This document shows positions 57,268 to 64,000 of a stretch of DNA of 64,000 nt, in pieces. Location: NCBI GenBank assembly GCA_964613985.1, contig CAZTJD010000004.1, forward strand, positions 16,666 to 80,665. Reading direction: 5' to 3'. The stretch's first letter is position 1; every line of letters starts with the position of its first letter. Source of the DNA: an uncultured Anaerolineales bacterium. GTDB taxonomy: Bacteria; Chloroflexota; Anaerolineae; Anaerolineales; UBA11858. The notes under the pieces are model-generated. The model was not told where the DNA came from. It saw only the letters and a program-made list of their open reading frames with translations, and did no database searches. Made by a program: the position numbers and the translations under genes.

Positions 57268-58581
57268 TCAAGGTGTAGAGAGGGTCTCAATTGCGGTTTC
57301 TACTGCAGCAATTGGGCTTGCTTCTTCCTTAAGAACATCGATGGTCGCTTTCTGTAAAACAGGTCCCAGCGTTGTTAGCACATCCAGAGAAGGAATCAGC
57401 CTTGCTGAGGGAGCTATTTGGTTAAATAGGGTTTGCAGAGAAGCGTTCTCCCAAGAAGACAACGAATCAGACCTGGGGGGAAGATACCCTCCCGCAGCAG
57501 TCCAATCAGCCAAAAAATCTATGTTCGTGATAAATTCTGCCAATTGAGCACTTAAGATTTGGTGATCAGGGTCTGGGCTGGCTAAAGCCCAAGCCCAACC
57601 TGTGGCAAGTGTATAAGGAATACCATCTCGTGTTGGAATAGGTGCACCCGATGAATCTGCTGGTGGATTTTGTAAATATCGGTATGCCCAGGTAATCACC
57701 ATCTCGGTTTGATTCTCCTCATAAGCAGCCCATGATTGCTCATCTGTTTCATATTGGGTTAGCCAAAAAGGCATCAACATACTCTGTTCTGCCTTTTGGT
57801 AATAGGTCAGGACTTCAGTCAGTTGAATAGAATCTAATTTTGGGCGATTCTCATCATCCAACAACGAACCACCAATGGATTGATAGAAAGTCAGCGTTAA
57901 CAAGCTGTCAGGATCCGAAGCGGGAAAAGATAGAGAAGCGGAGGATTGCGTCGACAACTCCAATAAGGATGTCCAATCCTCAGGTTGTTCTCCCAAGACC
58001 GAAGGTCGGTATACCATGATCAATGCATCACCAGCAAAAGGGATACCAAAAGTGCTATTCTGAATATGGGATATCTGCCGGGCAAATTCGTACCAGTCGG
58101 GATCATCCATAGTCTTTGTCAATCCATCAAAGGGGTGCAACAAACCTTTAATCGCTGCGGTCTCTAGCGCATGCTGTGGTAAAGCCACAAGATCTGGCAA
58201 TGCCAGGGGAGCTGCAGCATTCGCTGTCGTTAACATATCTATTATGCCTCCAGGTCCTTCAACAGCTTTAACCCTGGTTTCAATACGAACATTGGCTTTA
58301 CGATTTACAAATTCTTCCAAACGTGCCATTAGCAGTCCGCCTGCTGGAGAACCATTGCTGGGATCGAATTCCGGTGGAACCCAGATTTTTAGCGTTATCA
58401 TTTCATCGGTGGGTTGACTAGGCTCTTCAGTCAGAAGCACAGTTTCTGCAGTAGCAGTTTGTGTTGCTTGAGGTATAGGCGTTGAATTCACCGCTACTGA
58501 TGTCATACATCCTGAAAGAAGTATGATAAAAAACAAGAAGGATGCCTTTACCAAAATAAATTGGACTCTATCAATTTTCAT
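57268..58581 (-). CDS. Extracellular solute-binding lipoprotein (family 1), with no cognate permease or ATPase nearby
   Basis: Lipobox LLSGC. About 430 aa with the SBP_bac_1-like pattern. Confidence 0.75.
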   Translation of the reverse strand: MKIDRVQFILVKASFLFFIILLSGCMTSVAVNSTPIPQATQTATAETVLLTEEPSQPTDEMITLKIWVPPEFDPSNGSPAGGLLMARLEEFVNRKANVRIETRVKAVEGPGGIIDMLTTANAAAPLALPDLVALPQHALETAAIKGLLHPFDGLTKTMDDPDWYEFARQISHIQNSTFGIPFAGDALIMVYRPSVLGEQPEDWTSLLELSTQSSASLSFPASDPDSLLTLTFYQSIGGSLLDDENRPKLDSIQLTEVLTYYQKAEQSMLMPFWLTQYETDEQSWAAYEENQTEMVITWAYRYLQNPPADSSGAPIPTRDGIPYTLATGWAWALASPDPDHQILSAQLAEFITNIDFLADWTAAGGYLPPRSDSLSSWENASLQTLFNQIAPSARLIPSLDVLTTLGPVLQKATIDVLKEEASPIAAVETAIETLSTP

Positions 58582-58645
58582 TATATTGGAAAGTATTTAT
58601 AGAACACAATTTAAATCACACGAGAACAAACCCGAATCGTCTGGA

Positions 58646-59632
58646 TTAGAGGTTGATGGGATTACCCAGTAATGCAATCACCAGGTTAACTGCATTCTCA
58701 ACATCCTCAAGATCCACCATCTCTGAAGGACTATGTACATAACGACAAGGGATGGATATACAGCCTGATGGCACACCCGCCCGGCTAAGTTGAATCGCTC
58801 GCGCATCGGTACCCCCTCGTTCAAGGATTTCCAATTGGTAGGGCAGGTTAGCGTTATTAGCCGTTTCGACCATCCAACGGACAATCCTTGGATCCACCAC
58901 AATTCCCGAATCCTTTACCTTGATCGCAGGTCCCTTTCCCAAAGAAACATCCATGGTGATCCCCTTGGGTGTATCCCCTGTCCGAGTTACATCAATTGCT
59001 AATCCAAAATCCGGAGCGATGCCATATGCTGCTGTGGTTGCACCTCGAACGCCCACTTCTTCCTGGGCTGTGAAGACAAAATAGACCTCATATGGTGACT
59101 TCTTCAATTGCCGTAAAGCCTCAATCAAAACCACAACGCTTATTCGATCATCCATCGCTTTTGACACAAGGCGGTTTCCTAGTTGGTTGAATGAACGATC
59201 AAAAACTGCCACTGAGCCTACCTGGACTGGACAATCTTCTCGGTTAGTTGCCCCTAAATCGATGAACATTTTTTCTAATGGTGGGGTATGAGAAGTGTCC
59301 TTTATGCGCTCGGTTCCAATCACGCCTAAAGTACCATCCAGAAATCGCACTCTTCCTCCAGGACAATATAACGGAAAGACACCACCAATATTTGTAAACC
59401 TTGCGAAACCATTATCATCCACATGTGTGACCATAACCCCAATTTCATCCATGTGAGCCGCCAACATAAACTTTTCGTCAGCCCTTCCCTTTCGGACAAT
59501 CAAGTTGCCCAATGCATCTATCTGGATTTCGTCAGCACACTCCTCTATTTCGGAAAGGATTGTTTGGCGAATTTGTTTTTCATAACCGGAGGGGCCAGGG
59601 GTCGTGATTATTTTTTCAATAAGTGATTTCAT
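58646..59632 (-). CDS. M42-family (TET/FrvX-type) aminopeptidase
   Basis: PGPSGYE, AAHMDEIG, FTAQEEVG and the C-terminal GGTDA motif. Confidence 0.9.
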   Translation of the reverse strand: MKSLIEKIITTPGPSGYEKQIRQTILSEIEECADEIQIDALGNLIVRKGRADEKFMLAAHMDEIGVMVTHVDDNGFARFTNIGGVFPLYCPGGRVRFLDGTLGVIGTERIKDTSHTPPLEKMFIDLGATNREDCPVQVGSVAVFDRSFNQLGNRLVSKAMDDRISVVVLIEALRQLKKSPYEVYFVFTAQEEVGVRGATTAAYGIAPDFGLAIDVTRTGDTPKGITMDVSLGKGPAIKVKDSGIVVDPRIVRWMVETANNANLPYQLEILERGGTDARAIQLSRAGVPSGCISIPCRYVHSPSEMVDLEDVENAVNLVIALLGNPINL

Positions 59633-59665
59633 AGGATTTTCCTGTTATGGATGAGTCTTAGATAT

Positions 59666-60748
59666 TTACCGATACTCGGTAAATATCTTTGATGAAAGGC
59701 ATGCCAGGGCTAAGTACATCAGAACAAGTGTATTTTTCCAATCAGCTACCCGGGCTATTCCAACCGCGGTATGGGCGTATCTACCCGGAATAGAAACAGA
59801 GACACTGGGAATCCCTGACCTCTGTCGATGGATCGCTCCAGCATCTGTTCCACCTCCACCAGGTTGGCGAAACTGGTAAGGGATGTGATGCGATTCTGCA
59901 ACTTCAACCAGGTGTCTGATCAGTCGTGGGTCCGAAAGGGTACCTCGATCTGCAACGTAGATTGCTGGTCCAGCATCCAGACGTGTGTTATATTGAACAT
60001 TTTCTGCCTGATCGAGGGATGGCAAGTCATAAGCTGGGGTACTGTCCAGAGCAATAGCCAGATCGGGAGATATGGCATACGCAGCAACGTACGACCCGCG
60101 CAGACCTACCTCCTCTTGTACTGTGAAAGCCGCCATTAAATCGATATTCTCAGGAGCATTTTTTACCAGTTCAATCAAGGTTGCTACACCCAAACGGTCA
60201 TCCAAGGCCTTCGCGAGAATACTGGGGCCAACTCGCTTATAGCTTGTAGCGAAAGTTGCTCGATCACCAACTTTTACTTTATCATTTTTCTCAGGACCGA
60301 TGTCAATACGTAGTGAGTTCAACTCGATGACCTTTTTACGTTCCTCAGCGGTTGTCAGGTGAATAGGTTTGGCACCAATCACGCCAGAAATCCTTTCTTT
60401 CCCAACCCAAACTGGTTTCCCTGGAAGCTGGCGAGAATCGATACCCCCGACGATATCGAAACGGAACAATCCATCCCCTTCATTATGCGTGATCATGAAT
60501 CCAATCTCATCCATATGAGCCGCAACCATAACCCTTAACCGGTCTTTCCCTTTTCCCAACTTGCTAACCAGTACATTCCCTAATGCGTCTACCTTCAGGT
60601 CATCCGCATGGGATTCTAGCTGTCTGATCACGATTTTTCGAACTTCTCCTTCGTCACCAGAAACACCACAAGCATTACATAACTGTTCCAGCAGGCGATA
60701 TTGGGGATTCCGGATTAGGGGTAGTATCATTAAATTCTCCGAAGGCAT
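59666..60748 (-). CDS. M42-family aminopeptidase (paralogue 2)
   Basis: GVSGDEG, AAHMDEIGF, FTVQEEVGLRG and GGGTDAG. ATG 60748 is preceded by GGAG with a 7-nt spacing. Confidence 0.85.
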   Translation of the reverse strand: MPSENLMILPLIRNPQYRLLEQLCNACGVSGDEGEVRKIVIRQLESHADDLKVDALGNVLVSKLGKGKDRLRVMVAAHMDEIGFMITHNEGDGLFRFDIVGGIDSRQLPGKPVWVGKERISGVIGAKPIHLTTAEERKKVIELNSLRIDIGPEKNDKVKVGDRATFATSYKRVGPSILAKALDDRLGVATLIELVKNAPENIDLMAAFTVQEEVGLRGSYVAAYAISPDLAIALDSTPAYDLPSLDQAENVQYNTRLDAGPAIYVADRGTLSDPRLIRHLVEVAESHHIPYQFRQPGGGGTDAGAIHRQRSGIPSVSVSIPGRYAHTAVGIARVADWKNTLVLMYLALACLSSKIFTEYR

Positions 60749-60782
60749 ATCATCACTCCGCACATATATTTTCGGGCCTCAC

Positions 60783-61859
60783 TCAAAGATCAAACTTCAA
60801 GGATTTCATAAAATCAGGCTCTAAAGAACTGGCAAATTCGGCTAATAATCGGCCTACTCTCCGGATGTCTTTCAGTGAAACGACTTCAACAGGAGTGTGC
60901 ATATAACGCAATGGTATGCTAACAACCATTGTTGCAATACCTTCCCTGGCAATTTGAAGCGCGTAAGCATCCGTGCCTGAGTGCCAAGGTATTGGTTCAA
61001 CCTCATAAGCCAGTTCAAGCCGATCTGCCACATCCTTGAAGGACTTGTGCAATCCTGGATGGATATTTGGTCCCCAGCCAAGTGTAAAGCCTTTTCCTAA
61101 AGGGTGGGATTCGTGCTCGAGAGTGCCAGGTCCCATCGCGAAAGTAACGTCAATTGCTACGGCCAGATCGGGCTTGATATCAAACGCAGATGTTAATGCA
61201 CCTCCCAAAGTTTCCTCTTCCTGAACAGTCGCTACAGCCCAGACATCCCAGGGGTGAGTTCGATTTTGCAATTCTTCCAGGCAACAGGTTAGGGCAGTTA
61301 CGGACGCACGATTGTCCAGTGTGTGACCAGCGAGAATATCTTCACCTAGTTGAATTGGTTCCTGGGCGAATGATACCGGGTCGCCAATTTTGACTTTTCG
61401 GGTAACCTCGCGTTGGGAAAGTCCAGTATCCACTAGTAGATATTCCAGAGGAACAACCTTCGACCCAATATCGTCGGGAAGTAAATGAGGTGGTGGTTGT
61501 ACAATCACACCTGGAAGTCCACTTGTTCCGTACTCATCCCAAGAAGAGTGAATCCAGACCATTTGACCCGGCAAAACTCGAGGGTCAAGCCCACCAATTT
61601 CGGTAACTTTCAGAAAACCATCCACTATATTAGTCACCATCAATCCAACTGCATCCATATGGGTTGCAAATAACAAGCTAGGACGAGGTTCTGGACCTTT
61701 ACCTTTCTTCAGACCATGCAGACTACCCAATCGACTGACAAGGATTTCATCTGTCAGGTCATGCCAGGTATTCTCAATAATGGCACGGATTGGTCCTTCA
61801 TGACCAGAAATACCAGAAGCTGAGATTAACGATTTTAAAAAAGGAAGGATATCTGTCAT
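60783..61859 (-). CDS. M42-family aminopeptidase (paralogue 3)
   Basis: GISGHEG, ATHMDAVG, ATVQEEETLGG and SGTDA. ATG 61859 lies 8 nt after the upstream ORF's stop. Confidence 0.85.
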   Translation of the reverse strand: MTDILPFLKSLISASGISGHEGPIRAIIENTWHDLTDEILVSRLGSLHGLKKGKGPEPRPSLLFATHMDAVGLMVTNIVDGFLKVTEIGGLDPRVLPGQMVWIHSSWDEYGTSGLPGVIVQPPPHLLPDDIGSKVVPLEYLLVDTGLSQREVTRKVKIGDPVSFAQEPIQLGEDILAGHTLDNRASVTALTCCLEELQNRTHPWDVWAVATVQEEETLGGALTSAFDIKPDLAVAIDVTFAMGPGTLEHESHPLGKGFTLGWGPNIHPGLHKSFKDVADRLELAYEVEPIPWHSGTDAYALQIAREGIATMVVSIPLRYMHTPVEVVSLKDIRRVGRLLAEFASSLEPDFMKSLKFDL

Positions 61860-61866
61860 AATATTT

Positions 61867-62364
61867 TCATGGTGATGTTGAAGCAACTGTTGGAGAGATG
61901 GTCTCTGAGGGTTTGGGTGTACTGCTAACCGTTGGCGAGACTGTCAAGGTTAATGGCGATGTAAGGGTTGGGGGTAAAGTAGACGTCTCGGTCGGGATCA
62001 AGGTATTTGTTTGCGTCGGTAATGGGGTCGAAGTGAGTGTTTGGGTTGGTGATGAAGTTGGAGTGACAGTAGATGTATGCGTTTCTGTTGGTGTAATGGT
62101 AGGGGCTAATGTCCTTGTGGGGTGAGAAGTCTGGCTAGGTATCAGTACTGTTAGCGATGGTGTAAATGATGGAAATGGTGTGGCGATAATAGGTACCACC
62201 GAAGTGAACGTACTTGTAGGTGAAATAATGATCGTTGGTGTAGAAATCGTACGGCTACGCATGGTAACCGTCATTATACCCGCACAATAACACGGCAGGG
62301 TGGCGAGAATAATAATGATCAAGATAACCCGAAGGCGAGTGTGATTCTCATTCTCCAACTTCAT
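61867..62364 (-). CDS. Signal-anchored Pro/Thr/Ser-rich low-complexity protein
   Basis: One transmembrane helix (RVILIIIILATLPCYCAGI) is followed by about 130 aa of PTxT-type repeats with no globular domain. Confidence 0.5.
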   Translation of the reverse strand: MKLENENHTRLRVILIIIILATLPCYCAGIMTVTMRSRTISTPTIIISPTSTFTSVVPIIATPFPSFTPSLTVLIPSQTSHPTRTLAPTITPTETHTSTVTPTSSPTQTLTSTPLPTQTNTLIPTETSTLPPTLTSPLTLTVSPTVSSTPKPSETISPTVASTSP

Positions 62365-62483
62365 TCTGCCGTAGATGATAACATTGAGAGACAATAGGTG
62401 CAAGAAGTTGTGGTAAAAATATCTTAAGTATTTGGACATCTTTAACTGAAATCTTATAATTTATTTACTGAGACAGAAAACCT

Positions 62484-63230
62484 ATGGATTGGATATATAT
62501 ATCGCCTCATTTGGATGACGTGGCGCTCTCAGTAGGAGGACTTCTATGGGAGCAGTCCAGAACTGGTACGAATGTGGCGATTTGGTCAATATGTGCGGCT
62601 GATCCCCCTCCAGGTGGGCTTTCACCATTTGCAAAATCCCTTCATGCTCGTTGGAAAACCGGTGACCAGACCATGGATATCCGAAGAAGGGAAGATATAA
62701 AATCCTGCCAGGCATTAGGCGCCCAATATTATCACTTTAAAATTCCAGATTGTATTTATCGGCGTTCCCCTGATACAGGCGAACATCTCTATGATTCTGA
62801 AGAAGATTTATGGACTCAAGTACATCCGGATGAATATACGCTGATCGATTGGTTGAGTCAAAAAATAAAAAAGATGCTTGGGAGGAAAGTGAATGTTGTT
62901 TGCCCTTTAACCCTTGGGAGCCATGTTGACCATTCATTGACCCGATATGCTGTCGAAACCGCTGTCTTGGCTGTCCCGCGAAATCACGATTGGACTCTAT
63001 ATTATTACGCAGATTATCCATATGTCCTGAATTACGAAATACCACTCATCATTCCAGGATATAATGCCACCTTATATTCCATCTCAACCAATGCAATATT
63101 CAGCTGGCAAGAGGCAATCATCCAGCACCAATCACAAATTAACACCTTTTGGCGGGATGGAAATGAAATGAGATCCGCAATTCAATCGTATTATGATCAA
63201 ATGGGTGGAATCTGGTTGGGTCATAAATAA
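62484..63230 (+). CDS. PIG-L/LmbE-family deacetylase
   Basis: ISPHLDDVALSVGG and a later HVDH motif. Confidence 0.8.
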   Translation: MDWIYISPHLDDVALSVGGLLWEQSRTGTNVAIWSICAADPPPGGLSPFAKSLHARWKTGDQTMDIRRREDIKSCQALGAQYYHFKIPDCIYRRSPDTGEHLYDSEEDLWTQVHPDEYTLIDWLSQKIKKMLGRKVNVVCPLTLGSHVDHSLTRYAVETAVLAVPRNHDWTLYYYADYPYVLNYEIPLIIPGYNATLYSISTNAIFSWQEAIIQHQSQINTFWRDGNEMRSAIQSYYDQMGGIWLGHK

Positions 63231-63253
63231 AATACATGACACTTATTGAATCC

Positions 63254-63282
63254 TTGCATTTAGGGGTAAATTGTGCTAAAAT
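63254..63282 (+). promoter_or_regulatory. Sigma-70-type promoter upstream of the greA leader
   Basis: TTGCAT, a 17-nt spacer, then TAAAAT, about 200 nt upstream of the greA ATG. Confidence 0.5.
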
Positions 63283-63435
63283 GTCGCCACGCGGCGAGAT
63301 GTTAAGGTCAAGTCCTTCACAAACGCCGCTAGTTATTTCATAGCAAAGAGTTTTAACCCGGGATTTATACTCCGTAAAAAAACCTGAATTAATTTGGAAG
63401 TCAAAAAAATAAACCCTAGAAAAACGTAAACTGAC

Positions 63436-63458
63436 ACTCTCCATTGAGAGTTTTTATT
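63436..63458 (+). terminator. Weak intrinsic-terminator-like hairpin inside the greA leader
   Basis: ACTCTC-catt-GAGAGT followed by TTTTATTT, 22 nt before the greA ATG. Confidence 0.4.
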
Positions 63459-63479
63459 TATTAAACTTGTAGGGATATC

Positions 63480-63947
63480 ATGACAACAGCATATATTACC
63501 AAAGAAGGATACGATAATCTCCAGGAAGAGTTAGATTATCTACGAACTGTCCGGAGACAAGAAGTCGCCGAACGCTTGCGCGAGGCACTTGAGGACGGTG
63601 ATGCAGGTATCGACGCAGATGCCGAATGCGATGCTGCCCGAAACGAACAAGCCTTTGTTGAAGGTCGAATTCGTGAAATTGAAACCATCCTTTCCAATGC
63701 CAAATTAATCGATAACCACGAAAAAAAGGACACCATCGACGTAGGTTCAAAAGTCACAATCCAGGAAGCCAATTATGAACCTGAATCCTACACGATCGTT
63801 GGTGCGGTCGAAACTAATCCCAGAAATGGAAAGATTTCCAATGAATCTCCTCTCGGAAGAGCATTAATGGGTCATATTACCGGTGAAACGGTAACCGTTA
63901 AAGCACCAGATGGAGAATTCACTGTTAAAGTACTGAAGGTAGAATGA
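63480..63947 (+). CDS. greA: Transcription elongation factor GreA
   Basis: The ITKEGYDNLQEELDYLRTVRRQEVAERL coiled-coil N-terminus and the C-terminal SPLGRALMGHITGETVTVKAPDG motif. Confidence 0.95.
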   Translation: MTTAYITKEGYDNLQEELDYLRTVRRQEVAERLREALEDGDAGIDADAECDAARNEQAFVEGRIREIETILSNAKLIDNHEKKDTIDVGSKVTIQEANYEPESYTIVGAVETNPRNGKISNESPLGRALMGHITGETVTVKAPDGEFTVKVLKVE

Positions 63948-63967
63948 CCTGGGGCTAACTTAATCGT

Positions 63968-64000
63968 GCCCCGCGCCAGGAATCCTGCGCGGGGCTTTTT
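63968..64000 (+). terminator. Rho-independent terminator of greA
   Basis: GCCCCGCGC-caggaatcct-GCGCGGGGC followed by TTTTT. The window ends inside the T-run. Confidence 0.8.

Noticed and set aside
61898-62125. 75-aa Val/Gly-rich ORF on the plus strand
   Set aside because: It is the antisense reading of the Pro/Thr-rich repeat region, a low-complexity mirror artefact.

Overview
The window is gene-dense, mostly core-metabolic bacterial chromosome with about 65 coding regions. I found no rRNA, tRNA, CRISPR array, transposase, integrase or prophage. The gene content suggests a Chloroflexota/Anaerolineae-like organism: an FhaA/FhaB-like FHA pair, an FMN-riboswitch-controlled ThiY-like ABC importer, ClpC, a membrane-anchored RdhA-like protein, three tandem M42 peptidases and a GH3-like protein. 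That taxonomic guess is inference only.

Recognisable blocks:
- mtnP and two FHA-domain genes.
- An FMN riboswitch with an ABC importer.
- infC-rpmI-rplT.
- A macro-domain protein, a TrmH-family methyltransferase and a full-length CcrM-like orphan N6-adenine methyltransferase.
- DUF711, EthD, YbaK, TPR, M23 peptidase, crotonase and AAC(3)-like genes.
- clpC.
- A cNMP-binding, NifU-like and small membrane protein trio.
- ggt, azlCD, selD and an SPFH protein.
- A degenerate PyrK-like/PyrD-like pair split by a PIG-L deacetylase.
- An RdhA-like Fe-S protein.
- tldD/pmbA and a GH3-like gene.
- A MacA/MacB-like efflux operon with its OmpR/HisKA two-component system.
- An ExeM/NucH-type giant nuclease.
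- A PAP2 and nucleotidyltransferase operon, and ilvE.
- Three tandem M42 peptidases with an orphan solute-binding protein, and greA.

Points worth a second look:
1. selD is a selenoprotein. Its N-terminus lies upstream of an in-frame TGA that the ORF track split off.
2. A textbook FMN riboswitch controls a ThiY/NMT1-type ABC system.
3. A DHOD-B-like gene pair has lost, by eye, every orotate-binding and catalytic residue but keeps its cofactor motifs.
4. A CcrM-like methyltransferase has no restriction partner.
5. Disrupted genes and gene remnants are unusually dense (six loci), and several carry nonsense codons rather than only indels.
6. Several structured non-coding elements exist: the clpC leader, the greA leader, the infC-rpmI hairpin, the ilvE 3' hairpin and a nested repeat cluster at 33.4-33.7 kb.

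I did not find a clearly novel multi-gene system such as a defence island or RiPP cluster. The candidates below are ranked with that in mind.
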